Positions 46,737-55,515 of a stretch of 64,000 bases of DNA are shown here, piece after piece (the first letter of the stretch is position 1; each line of letters begins with the position of its first letter). The notes beneath the pieces were generated by a model. It did no database searches. It was given only the letters and a program-made list of their open reading frames with translations, and had not been told where the DNA came from. A program made the translations under genes and the position numbers. The stretch is from IMG/VR virus record IMGVR_UViG_3300025168_000032, positions 96,001 to 160,000 of that record; one strand, written 5' to 3'. The DNA comes from a virus.

Positions 46737-47350
46737 TGATGATTAAGATAACAGATAAACCAAAGGACGAGGAAAAAGAAACGAAAGAAGACCTAATGGA
46801 ACTCCTAGGCGCAGCACAACAACCAGAGATCAGAACGATTGCGATGTTTGGTGATGTAGATGAGGAAAAAGCAGGCGACTTATGTATGGGCTTGTTGATG
46901 CTTACAGACTTTAGTCCCAAAGAGCCTCCTTACGAACCAATAAAGATGTACCTTTCAACCTACGGTGGTTCTGCTGACGAAATGTTCTCCATTTATGATA
47001 TGATGTCACTGTCTAAGACAAAGTGTGAGATTCACACAATTGGTCTTGGCAAGGTTATGTCGGCTGGGACACTATTGCTGGCTGCCGGTACCAAAGGTCA
47101 AAGGACTATCGGTCGACATTGCAGAGTTATGATCCACGCAGTAGCCGCAGGTTCTGCTGGTGAACTACATGATATTGAGAATGAAGTTAAGTCCATAAAG
47201 CACATTCAAGAACTATATATTAATGCTTTATCAAAGGAGACATGTATGACTAAGCGCACAATTCAGAAATTGCTGGATCGCAAGGTTAATGTTTATCTCA
47301 CAGCGGAAGAAGCCGTAGAGTATGGTATCGCAGATACAATTATTAACTAA
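46736..47350 (+). CDS. clpP: ClpP-family protease, copy 2 (triad Asp replaced by Asn)
   Basis: LSTYGG, VMSAG (Ser), VMIHA (His), VNVYLTAEEAVEYGIAD. Confidence 0.9.
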   Translation: MMIKITDKPKDEEKETKEDLMELLGAAQQPEIRTIAMFGDVDEEKAGDLCMGLLMLTDFSPKEPPYEPIKMYLSTYGGSADEMFSIYDMMSLSKTKCEIHTIGLGKVMSAGTLLLAAGTKGQRTIGRHCRVMIHAVAAGSAGELHDIENEVKSIKHIQELYINALSKETCMTKRTIQKLLDRKVNVYLTAEEAVEYGIADTIIN

Positions 47351-47361
47351 GAGGAATACAG

Positions 47362-48270
47362 ATGGATAAGATTTTTTATAATGAAGCGTCTGCTGTTAAA
47401 CTTGGATGGACGCCTGAATGGTTTGGTGCTTACGAGTTTGATGAAGACTTGCTAAAGAAGATCAGGGCATTTCAGAGGAAATATCACTTAACAGCCGATG
47501 GTATGTGTGGCCCAACTACTTTTCGTAGAATCAACACAGTTCGAGAAGAACAGCTTGAGACTTTTGAACATAAAGAAATTCGAGAGGGCTCCTCAAATCA
47601 CATTATTTACAACAATGATTATTTTCCAATTGACTGGCATAAAGTGGTACTACCATTTAATGCCAATGGCTTAAAACTAACCAAAGGCTATAAGAAGGTG
47701 ACCAAGCAGCGCAAGCCAAAGATGTTCGTTTCGCATTGGGACGTCTGTCTTAGCTCAAAGTCCTGCTTCAAGGTGCTTTCTCGACGTGGCCTTAGTGTTC
47801 ACTTCGCCATCGACAACGATGGAACCATATTCCAGTTCATGGACATGAACCATATAGCTTACCATGCTGGTGGTAAATTCAATACCACTTCGGTTGGAGT
47901 GGAGATCAGCAACGCATATTACCCAAAGTACCAAGACTGGTACAAACGTCATGGCTTTGGAGAGCGCCCTTTAATTGAGGGGCAGAAGGTCCATGGTAAA
48001 AATATGAAACCCTTCACGGACTTTTATCCAGTTCAAAAGCAAGCACTCAAAGCTTTGATGAAAGCTGTCCATGGCGCAATGCCTTGGATTCCCTTGGAGT
48101 GCCCCGTTGACAGCAATGGCGAGACAAGTTACGCTCTCGATCCTGTTGCGTCTAAGAATAGATACAGTGGCTATGTCTCGCATTATCACCTTACAAGGCG
48201 GAAAATCGACTGTGCAGGTCTCGACCTAAAATCTATTTTGGAGGAAATTAAGAATGAAGATAACCAATGA
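47362..48270 (+). CDS. Endolysin: PG-binding domain plus N-acetylmuramoyl-L-alanine amidase
   Basis: IRAFQRKYHLTADGMCGPTT; SHWD...SVHF...AYHAG...SVGVEI...VSHYH...KIDC. Confidence 0.88.
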   Translation: MDKIFYNEASAVKLGWTPEWFGAYEFDEDLLKKIRAFQRKYHLTADGMCGPTTFRRINTVREEQLETFEHKEIREGSSNHIIYNNDYFPIDWHKVVLPFNANGLKLTKGYKKVTKQRKPKMFVSHWDVCLSSKSCFKVLSRRGLSVHFAIDNDGTIFQFMDMNHIAYHAGGKFNTTSVGVEISNAYYPKYQDWYKRHGFGERPLIEGQKVHGKNMKPFTDFYPVQKQALKALMKAVHGAMPWIPLECPVDSNGETSYALDPVASKNRYSGYVSHYHLTRRKIDCAGLDLKSILEEIKNEDNQ

Positions 48271-49615
48271 TCTACTTGATAATCTGATTATAGAGCAGAT
48301 AAGAGTCTTAGCCGAAGATTTGTCTTATAGCATTAAGAGTAATGATGGTCAAGAGTCTCAAGAATTTGAAGACTTACAATCGTTTGCACAGTATATTGTG
48401 GACCTAAGCGATGAAGAGACTTATACAATAAACACACCCCAGACAGATGGAGACGTTCGAGGCTCTGGTGCAACAATTAAGAGCAAGTTTGCATTACCAA
48501 GCAAGAAGTCAAGCGATAATGGCGAGTCCAAAACGGGGTATCTTGGCGACATTCCGATATCGCATTACCGAGATGATATGGTCAGACTACCAGAGATATA
48601 CCTACAAGCATTCAAAAACGCTGGGTTTTCTTCTGGAACGCTTGCAGATAGGATTGCACGGCTCAACAACATGCTTAGTGAATTTGGAACTGCTAAAAAG
48701 GAAAAATCTCCGGCTAAACCGTTGAACGAACAGTTTTCTCAAATATTGGTCGTGGAGTTTTTAGAAAGAGTAGTTTCACACGTTAGGGGTGGAGCAACCA
48801 CAAGACTCAAAGAGGGCGGGTTCTTGTTTGAGTCATTTTTAGCTTTTATTCTGTCTGGAACTTTGCCTGTTGCCAATGATTCATACGAGGACATCATTGA
48901 CAATAAACTTAACAATATATCCGTTAAGTTTATGTCCGAAAAATCATCCTTTTATCAAGCGTGGTCTACCGTTGCTGGCTATTTTAACAAAAACGAAAGC
49001 CCGATGTATCACATCTCAGCCTTGAAGGAAAGAGTCTCCAAGGCAGGAAGTCAGATTTCATTTTACATTAGCGAATTTACATATAAAGATTATTTAAATC
49101 TTGCAAGACAAATTGAGAACATGAACCCAGAAGCTGAAATGGCAGAAACTGATAAAGCGATCTTTATTAAGGGTGGTGGTGTAAACTATTCTGTTAGTAA
49201 TAAACAAGACAACGATACAAGATCAGCCGAAGTTAGCCTCAACGAGTATGAAACTGGTAAAGAGCCAAGAATAACATTCAAAGATTATGGAAAGAATGTT
49301 GGTGGCACCTTATTTCTACCAAGCCAGATCAATATCCGAAAGAAATCCAAAACCTTGATGGATAATTATAACGAAAACATCGATCTCCTATTTAGAGAGA
49401 TTACAAACTTCAGAAAGCTTTCAAACATATTTTTCTCTGTCTCGGATGAGGACACGACCAAAATTGCTGATAAGATAATAACCAGCTATGGACAAATCAA
49501 AACTGGGGTGAATCAGGGATTCAAACAAAGAGAGACAGAAAAGGAAATAAATGAAAAAATTACTTATGAACTACTTGACAAACTTGTAAAAGAGGTTATA
49601 TTAAAGGGTAAGTGA
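48254..49615 (+). CDS. Hypothetical protein with MKIT..LL..LI.E motifs at both ends and a possible restriction-nuclease-like core
   Basis: MKITNDLLDNLIIE; GFLFESFLA...YEDII...ISVKF; C-terminal KITYELLDKLVKE. Confidence 0.6.
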   Translation: MKITNDLLDNLIIEQIRVLAEDLSYSIKSNDGQESQEFEDLQSFAQYIVDLSDEETYTINTPQTDGDVRGSGATIKSKFALPSKKSSDNGESKTGYLGDIPISHYRDDMVRLPEIYLQAFKNAGFSSGTLADRIARLNNMLSEFGTAKKEKSPAKPLNEQFSQILVVEFLERVVSHVRGGATTRLKEGGFLFESFLAFILSGTLPVANDSYEDIIDNKLNNISVKFMSEKSSFYQAWSTVAGYFNKNESPMYHISALKERVSKAGSQISFYISEFTYKDYLNLARQIENMNPEAEMAETDKAIFIKGGGVNYSVSNKQDNDTRSAEVSLNEYETGKEPRITFKDYGKNVGGTLFLPSQINIRKKSKTLMDNYNENIDLLFREITNFRKLSNIFFSVSDEDTTKIADKIITSYGQIKTGVNQGFKQRETEKEINEKITYELLDKLVKEVILKGK

Positions 49616-49622
49616 TTTTAAT

Positions 49623-49781
49623 ATGAATGATCCCAAAGAACAATGGTTGGCAGTTGACAGTATGATTAAGAAACTTAAACGTCTTAAGTACTGGCTAACT
49701 TCCCTTGATCCAGAAAAGAAACATATTATTAATGCTATAAACGAACTCGAACAAGCAAAACAACTATTGGAGGAAAAATGA
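49623..49781 (+). CDS. 52-aa hypothetical protein (not in ORF track)
   Basis: MNDPKEQWL...LLEEK*; stop overlaps groEL ATG; TTGACA-N16-TATATT at 49575-49602. Confidence 0.5.
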   Translation: MNDPKEQWLAVDSMIKKLKRLKYWLTSLDPEKKHIINAINELEQAKQLLEEK

Positions 49782-51343
49782 CGAAACATTATAGCAATGG
49801 GCAGGAGCTTAACACAAGGATTCTGTCTGGGATTAATAAACTGGCAGACAACGTAGCTACGACTCTCGGACCAAAGGGTCGCAACGTAATACTATTCCAT
49901 AAGGAGCAGGGTATCCCTGTTATTACAAAAGATGGAGTAACTGTTGCTAAGTTCGTGGGCTTTGAAGACCCGATGGAAAACGTTGGAGCACAGATTGTAA
50001 AACAAGCAGCAGAGCAGTCTGCTACAAAAGCTGGCGATGGTACTACAACTGCTACTGTCCTGACTAGAGCAATCTTACAGAGGGCCCAGAAGTACCTTAT
50101 GGCTGGTGTTTCTCCAATCGAGATCAAGCGTGGGATGGATAATGCCACAAATCTTATTGTTGACCGTTTGAGTGAAATGTCCACCCCGATTCGATCGGAG
50201 GAAGATATTCGGCACATTGCTACGATCTCAGCGAACAACGACAAATCAATAGGCACTTTGATAGCCACAGCGGTTGATTCAGCAGGTAAAGATGGTTCTG
50301 TTCTTGTTGAAGAAGCAAAATCAATCAACACATCCTTAGATTTGATTGAAGGTTTCCGTTTTGATTCTGGGTATCTATCTTCCACCTTTATCAACAACGA
50401 GAGATCAGGGACCATTGAGTATAATAGTCCCCTCATTCTAATCACAGACGAGAAGATCGAAACCATCGAGCAGATATTACCCACCCTTGAGCTTGCGTCA
50501 AGAGACAACAGTCCGTTGTTGATTGTTGCAGATGTAGAAGGCCAAGCCTTGGCTGCTGTTATCGCCAACGCGGTTCGCGGCACAATGAAAATAGTAGCGG
50601 TTAAACCACCCAGATATGGAGAAGAGAGAAGGAACATATTAAAAGACATGGCTTTGAAGACTGGCGCTACCTTTATAACAAGAGAGAGCGGGGTAGCCCT
50701 GAGACAGGTACAATTGCCCCACTTTGGTAATTGTAAATCGATATCTATCAACAAAGGATGGAGTACCATTGTCGGTGCAAGTGGCCCAGAAGAAGAAACA
50801 GAAAACAGGATTGAAGCACTGAAAGCAGAGATCAAACAAACAGACGACATCAAGGCTTGCGAGAGAATCCAAGAACGGATTACTCGTCTTGCTTCTGGTG
50901 TGGCTGTGATTCGAGTTGGAGCGGCAACAGAGATTGAAATGATGGAAAAGAAACACAGGATTGATGATGCTTTGGAGGCTGTAAGATCAGCACAGGAAGA
51001 AGGAATTGTCTCAGGTGGTGGCATAGCCTTGATTCGAGCAACACAAGATCTACTTGTGCGAACGGAGTCCGAAGAACAGTCTATCGGTGCCAAGATCATT
51101 CTTGAGGCCATTGAAGAACCTCTGCGACAAATGGCTAAAAACGCTGGAAAATCGCCTGATATTCTTGTTGCTAGGGTAAGGCAGTGCTCCTCGAATATGG
51201 GCTATAATTTCATGACTGACACCATTGTGAACATGCTTGAAGAGGGCATAGTAGATCCAGCTAAGGTGACTCGCTGCGCGTTGCAGAACGCTGTCTCAGT
51301 CGCATCCACTTTGATTACCACCAGTCATGCTATTGTATCTTAA
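49778..51343 (+). CDS. groEL: Chaperonin GroEL (no GGM tail)
   Basis: TLGPKGRNV, ITKDGVTVAK, AGDGTTTATVL, GVAVIRVGAATEIE, GIVSGGG, GIVDPAKVTRCALQNA. Confidence 0.97.
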   Translation: MTKHYSNGQELNTRILSGINKLADNVATTLGPKGRNVILFHKEQGIPVITKDGVTVAKFVGFEDPMENVGAQIVKQAAEQSATKAGDGTTTATVLTRAILQRAQKYLMAGVSPIEIKRGMDNATNLIVDRLSEMSTPIRSEEDIRHIATISANNDKSIGTLIATAVDSAGKDGSVLVEEAKSINTSLDLIEGFRFDSGYLSSTFINNERSGTIEYNSPLILITDEKIETIEQILPTLELASRDNSPLLIVADVEGQALAAVIANAVRGTMKIVAVKPPRYGEERRNILKDMALKTGATFITRESGVALRQVQLPHFGNCKSISINKGWSTIVGASGPEEETENRIEALKAEIKQTDDIKACERIQERITRLASGVAVIRVGAATEIEMMEKKHRIDDALEAVRSAQEEGIVSGGGIALIRATQDLLVRTESEEQSIGAKIILEAIEEPLRQMAKNAGKSPDILVARVRQCSSNMGYNFMTDTIVNMLEEGIVDPAKVTRCALQNAVSVASTLITTSHAIVS

Positions 51344-51372
51344 AAGTACTATTTATAGCGGAGGTTCTTGTT

Positions 51373-51639
51373 ATGACTGAAGACCAAATAACAAAAATAA
51401 CAACCGGTATTCTTGAAATCAAAAATGATATCGAAAGAATAGCGGAGAAGCAAGATGAAATGGTGAGAGATATGCGCGATGTAAAGACCGCGATTTACAA
51501 CCCGGACTCGGGTTTGTATGCTAGATTGCGAGCGATAGAGCAATGGAAAGAGGCCCAAGCTAAAATACAATGGGGTGTTATTATGACAGTTTTTGGATTA
51601 TTAACAACCACAATATACAAAATGATAATGAGTTCTTAA
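51373..51639 (+). CDS. Coiled-coil protein with C-terminal membrane helix, holin/XhlA-like
   Basis: Late motif ACTATTTAT at 51348-56; heptad region then WGVIMTVFGLLTT. Confidence 0.5.
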   Translation: MTEDQITKITTGILEIKNDIERIAEKQDEMVRDMRDVKTAIYNPDSGLYARLRAIEQWKEAQAKIQWGVIMTVFGLLTTTIYKMIMSS

Positions 51640-51652
51640 TTCAGGAGGTAAT

Positions 51653-51994
51653 ATGAAAGTAAGAATCAACCAAGCAGTGAATCTCGATGAGGTTCCTGAG
51701 AAATTAACAGACATGATGTCTGATATAAGAAAAGAAATTGGTAAAGTGTCGGAATTATCTATGGAGGCAGAGTCTGCCTCGGAAATAGTTTCTGGTTCAG
51801 TTTTAAAATACCAGCTAGTATTGGAGATGCTTTTAGAAATAAAGCGTCAAGTGTCGGATGTTGACCAAATGGTAGAAGATATGTCATCCATTCTTAATGG
51901 GTACGTAGGCATCCTTGAGCCAAAACCTTCTACCCCCGTACCCGCACCTGAGCCCATACCCGAGCATGTTATAAAAGAACCAGATGCTGACTAA
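51653..51994 (+). CDS. Hypothetical coiled-coil protein
   Basis: AGGAGG RBS. Confidence 0.6.
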   Translation: MKVRINQAVNLDEVPEKLTDMMSDIRKEIGKVSELSMEAESASEIVSGSVLKYQLVLEMLLEIKRQVSDVDQMVEDMSSILNGYVGILEPKPSTPVPAPEPIPEHVIKEPDAD

Positions 51995-52217
51995 GGGCGA
52001 CCTTGTTAAGGTAAAACAGGACACTTTCATGTACCCTGCTACCTTAGAGCCATGGTATATAACCAAGCTAAAAACACCACAATACGGCGTTGTTATAAAG
52101 CAAGAAAGCGAAACTGAGACTAAGGTTTTTGTGAACGAGCAAGCTTGGATCATAAACAATAAATGTTTACAATTAGTGGGAGATTACAATGTTCATAAAG
52201 TTAAACAAAATAAATAA
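51984..52217 (+). CDS. Small GDLV SH3/KOW-like protein
   Basis: MLTKGDLVKV...YGVVIK. Confidence 0.6.
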   Translation: MLTKGDLVKVKQDTFMYPATLEPWYITKLKTPQYGVVIKQESETETKVFVNEQAWIINNKCLQLVGDYNVHKVKQNK

Positions 52218-52470
52218 GACACATTCTGGTGAATTTTATCTGTCAGAGGTAAGGATCAATCCAGCGAAAATACTCTTCATTTCTGAAAATGATCAAATTA
52301 AAGTGGCAATGATGGAAGGAAAAACCCAACTTGGCCTTAACTCTGTAGCTCGATTTTCAGATTTGTCTTTTGCTTTCGATAGCGGCAGCGAGACTATAAC
52401 GGTGGTAGGAGATCCGGCTCTGATAGAGGCCAAGATATTAAGTTCAAATAGACAATTACTTAGGGGATAA
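52189..52470 (+). CDS. FlbD-like small protein
   Basis: MFIKL...INPAKILFISE pattern. Confidence 0.45.
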   Translation: MFIKLNKINKTHSGEFYLSEVRINPAKILFISENDQIKVAMMEGKTQLGLNSVARFSDLSFAFDSGSETITVVGDPALIEAKILSSNRQLLRG

Positions 52471-52471
52471 C

Positions 52472-52750
52472 ATGAATCAATATTACAAAATTTATGCTTG
52501 GGCCGAATGTCCATATTGCATAAAAGCCAAAGAGTTGCTGGTCCGAAACAACAAGCAGTTTATGTTTTGTTGCATTGATGATTCTAAAGAATTGCTAACA
52601 CACATTAAAGAAAAGCACAACTGGATGACAGTCCCAATGATAATCAAACACACAAGAGTAAGCTCAACGGAATGGACTGAGGAGTTTATAGGTGGGTTTT
52701 CGGATCTTACAAAGATCTTTGGAGGTAGTGATGAAGAAATTAATAGTTAA
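52472..52750 (+). CDS. Glutaredoxin
   Basis: CPYC, TVPMI, FIGGFSDL. Confidence 0.9.
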   Translation: MNQYYKIYAWAECPYCIKAKELLVRNNKQFMFCCIDDSKELLTHIKEKHNWMTVPMIIKHTRVSSTEWTEEFIGGFSDLTKIFGGSDEEINS

Positions 52751-53111
52751 AAGAGCACCGCAAAAGAGCCATAAGCCATGGGGACACGAGGTGGAATGGG
52801 CCATAAACAACAAATATATTGGCAAAATTATTCATATTGATAGAATGAAGTCTCCACCCAAGCAATATCATGACGTGAAGGACAAGACTATACATGTACT
52901 TAACGGGGTATTGATAGTTGATGTTTGGGAAAAACCAGACGGCAAATCATTTTCCACCATGGTCTTAACAGAGGGGGAGAGTGTAAGAATTCAACCAAAG
53001 ACAGTCCATAAATTTAGTGCCCCTATCGAAGGTTACGTTAGATTGATCGAAGCATCAACACCACAATATGATGATGTAGTGTTACTACAGGACGATCATG
53101 GCGGAGCTTGA
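52731..53111 (+). CDS. Cupin (mannose-6-phosphate isomerase-like)
   Basis: KPWGHE, QYHDVKDKT, GESVRIQPKTVHKF, EASTP..DDVV. Confidence 0.8.
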   Translation: MKKLIVKRAPQKSHKPWGHEVEWAINNKYIGKIIHIDRMKSPPKQYHDVKDKTIHVLNGVLIVDVWEKPDGKSFSTMVLTEGESVRIQPKTVHKFSAPIEGYVRLIEASTPQYDDVVLLQDDHGGA

Positions 53112-53271
53112 ACCGGAACAAAGATACAGGGTTGAGTTTGTTGACAATGATCATTTTATAACGTGTATGTTTAAAAAACATCATCGTGGTTTTTTGATTT
53201 TTGTTGACGAAAACAACATAAAAATCGTTTGTAGGCCCTCAAGTATAAGGAAAATAGAAAAACACACTTAA
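53098..53271 (+). CDS. 57-aa hypothetical beta protein (not in ORF track)
   Basis: MAELEPEQRYRVEF...KIEKHT*. Confidence 0.45.
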   Translation: MAELEPEQRYRVEFVDNDHFITCMFKKHHRGFLIFVDENNIKIVCRPSSIRKIEKHT

Positions 53272-53343
53272 CGCAAATTATGTAAGAACTCTTTTTAGGT
53301 AACAATGGTCTTTCGGTTCATAGTTATTATAGGGGGGAATGTT

Positions 53344-54036
53344 ATGTTGATATTGTTATTATCGTGTTTGATATCTATGGAGGTAGATGATCAGGCCACG
53401 ACTCTTTCGTTTGAAAACCAAGGTTTACCATCTTGTAATCAAAAGATTACAAGAGGTATGAAAAGCTCAGTCCGTATTGGGTTTTCGTTGGGTGATGGTT
53501 ACGGAGGGTGGGGTTCTGGAAATTATTTTAAGCTTGGAAAGTACAAGTTTGTAATAACGGCAGCCCATGTTGTCGCGGAGGGAAACATATTCCTAATGGA
53601 CAATGACGAAGAGATACCAGTGAGGGTAATATATACTAATGCAAGTAGGGACATCGCTATTGTCGAGCCTTTGACGGACCCGTCTTTTGAGCCTATAAAG
53701 CTTAAGATCAACGACGACCCGGATGTTGTAGGTAATTTAGTCAACTACACAGGTTTTCCAGATAACCTTGGGCAGACTACTTATACAGGTTTTGTGTCTA
53801 AAAGTAATTTAGAATCAATATTAATTCAGTCTTTTGCCCTTCCGGGGTCTTCTGGTTCTGTTGTGTTCGACAAGAAGGGAAGAGCAGTCGGGTTAGTTTC
53901 CGCTGTAAAGGTTATAGATACCCCGCTATCGCCATTCCCAGAGTTAGTTGAAACCCTTGTTTATGTTGAAAGGTTTAGTTTTATAAACAAGAGTTTCCTT
54001 AAGGAGGTATTCATGAGTGCTGACGAAGGAAGGTAA
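53344..54036 (+). CDS. Trypsin-like serine protease with short signal/lipobox
   Basis: ITAAHVV (His), RDIAIV (Asp), PGSSGS (Ser); N-terminal MLILLLSC. Confidence 0.88.
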   Translation: MLILLLSCLISMEVDDQATTLSFENQGLPSCNQKITRGMKSSVRIGFSLGDGYGGWGSGNYFKLGKYKFVITAAHVVAEGNIFLMDNDEEIPVRVIYTNASRDIAIVEPLTDPSFEPIKLKINDDPDVVGNLVNYTGFPDNLGQTTYTGFVSKSNLESILIQSFALPGSSGSVVFDKKGRAVGLVSAVKVIDTPLSPFPELVETLVYVERFSFINKSFLKEVFMSADEGR

Positions 54037-54256
54037 ATCAAGGTTCTCCGTAGGTACTTTGCTTAAGGACACAGGAAAGGTGGGTGTTGTAAGTAAAATA
54101 CTACAATCAGGAGCACTACAGACGGAAGTCTCTACTATCAAGTGGAGATTAAACTATGAAATATGCTATATAGATGGGGATGTACAGATCATAGGCGAGA
54201 GCACGTTGTTAAGGCTCATTGAAGCTGGTGTTATAGAAATATTATCTACTAATTAG
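54017..54256 (+). CDS. Small SH3/KOW-like protein
   Basis: FSVGTLLK...VGVVSKI...YEICY. Confidence 0.55.
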   Translation: MLTKEGKSRFSVGTLLKDTGKVGVVSKILQSGALQTEVSTIKWRLNYEICYIDGDVQIIGESTLLRLIEAGVIEILSTN

Positions 54257-54266
54257 AGGGTCTTAT

Positions 54267-54473
54267 GTGGGTATCGAAAGGAAAGAAACATACGTTAAGG
54301 GTGATCTTGTGATTATTGATGACGACAAAAACTTTAGAGAGATAGCAGTAATTTTATCTCCCAGTATACCCATGTACCATCGGTTATATGAGTTCTATCA
54401 AGTTTTTTCGATCATAGAAGGGTGTGTGTATATCGTCCCCTGTGAGATGGTCAAAGGTCGGATTAAAGGTTGA
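54267..54473 (+). CDS. Small GDLV SH3/KOW-like protein
   Basis: YVKGDLVII...AVIL...YQVF. Confidence 0.55.
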   Translation: MGIERKETYVKGDLVIIDDDKNFREIAVILSPSIPMYHRLYEFYQVFSIIEGCVYIVPCEMVKGRIKG

Positions 54474-54504
54474 CAAACAAAAGTAAACATGTTACATATT
54501 ATAT

Positions 54505-54708
54505 ATGGAGAGGAAAGTGAAAAAATATTATATTGGAGATTTGGTAATGCACATAAGTACTAATCGGATTGGTGTTGTCACTACAGACAGTAACATACTA
54601 CTCGGATACCCACGGGGGGTGCATGTTTGTTACGTTGCGTGGTCAGACACGCACTACTCCAATCTAATGGATATAGGGGCACTCTCCGGAGTTTTCAAGA
54701 GTAAATGA
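54505..54708 (+). CDS. Small GDLV SH3/KOW-like protein
   Basis: YYIGDLVMH...IGVVT...YVAW; TTGACA at 54470. Confidence 0.6.
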   Translation: MERKVKKYYIGDLVMHISTNRIGVVTTDSNILLGYPRGVHVCYVAWSDTHYSNLMDIGALSGVFKSK

Positions 54709-54962
54709 ATTTTAATAATTCTCACTTATCTAAGTCTTTCGAGGATATAGAACATAAGCGTAGATGGTGGCAAGGAAAGCTTGTCAAGGTAAGGAGCACA
54801 ATAAATACACTTTTCATTAACACTCCACCAGAAGAAGAAATAGGAATAGTGGTGGAGTTTCTACAAACAAGCGTTGGCGATCATCTTCGAGTACACTTTG
54901 TAAGTTATGGCAAGTGTACATGGGTTTTCCCGTCTGACGTATTCACACAGGATGAGACATGA
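54705..54962 (+). CDS. Small SH3/KOW-like protein
   Basis: WQGKLVKV...IGIVVE...RVHF. Confidence 0.55.
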   Translation: MNFNNSHLSKSFEDIEHKRRWWQGKLVKVRSTINTLFINTPPEEEIGIVVEFLQTSVGDHLRVHFVSYGKCTWVFPSDVFTQDET

Positions 54963-55327
54963 GTTATTTTAAGAAGTTTATAGCAATTTCAGCTTTTATG
55001 ATGGCACCTTTCTACGAAGCTTGTGCAATGCGAGTTCTTATAAAGGATAATCATTACACAACCCAGTCAGCGACCACAGTCTACAACGTAGAAGAGTACC
55101 ACAAAGAGACTCAACAACCCCAACCCACAGTTGGGTCACAAAGTCCAACATCCAAGCGCAAAATAAAGCGTAAAAAGAAAGCAATACGCAGAGTTCCCAA
55201 GCACAAAAAAAGAAAAAAGATTAGTAAGCGTCCATCTCGTAAAGTTAAAAAAGAATGGAAGCGAAAAGGCAGAAAAGCAGTTAATAAAAGAAATAAAAAA
55301 CACAAATATAAAAAAAGGGACAAATAA
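54959..55327 (+). CDS. Signal-peptide-bearing Lys/Arg-rich protein
   Basis: Hydrophobic N-terminus, extremely basic C-terminal half; stop falls inside first palindromic promoter. Confidence 0.55.
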   Translation: MSYFKKFIAISAFMMAPFYEACAMRVLIKDNHYTTQSATTVYNVEEYHKETQQPQPTVGSQSPTSKRKIKRKKKAIRRVPKHKKRKKISKRPSRKVKKEWKRKGRKAVNKRNKKHKYKKRDK

Positions 55328-55361
55328 TGTCCTACCCGTATACTACCTACTATGATACATT
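55318..55361 (+). promoter_or_regulatory. Palindromic early promoter module, copy 1
   Basis: GGACA-AATAA-TGTCC-TACCCG-N17-TACATT. Confidence 0.85.
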
Positions 55362-55383
55362 ATAGACAAGACAGGAGAGTGCG

Positions 55384-55515
55384 ATGAAAAACAACCTATT
55401 TATTTTGATATCAGTGGCACTTCTTATTGTAGTGGCTGATCCCAGATGGGCTTTCCTGATTTCTTGTTTAGTTTTAACCACAATATTGCTTTCCATTGGA
55501 GGTAACAATGAGTAG
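55384..55515 (+). CDS. 43-aa two-helix membrane peptide (not in ORF track)
   Basis: AGGAGA RBS after promoter copy 1; MKNNLFILISVALLIVVADPRWAFLISCLVLTTILLSIGGNNE. Confidence 0.55.
   Translation: MKNNLFILISVALLIVVADPRWAFLISCLVLTTILLSIGGNNE

Noticed and set aside
49789-51111. Long minus-strand ORFs (for example 49789..51111, 15015..15878, 43074..43565)
   Set aside because: Antisense shadows of groEL, tape measure and dnaE; no RBS context or motifs, and all credible genes are on the + strand
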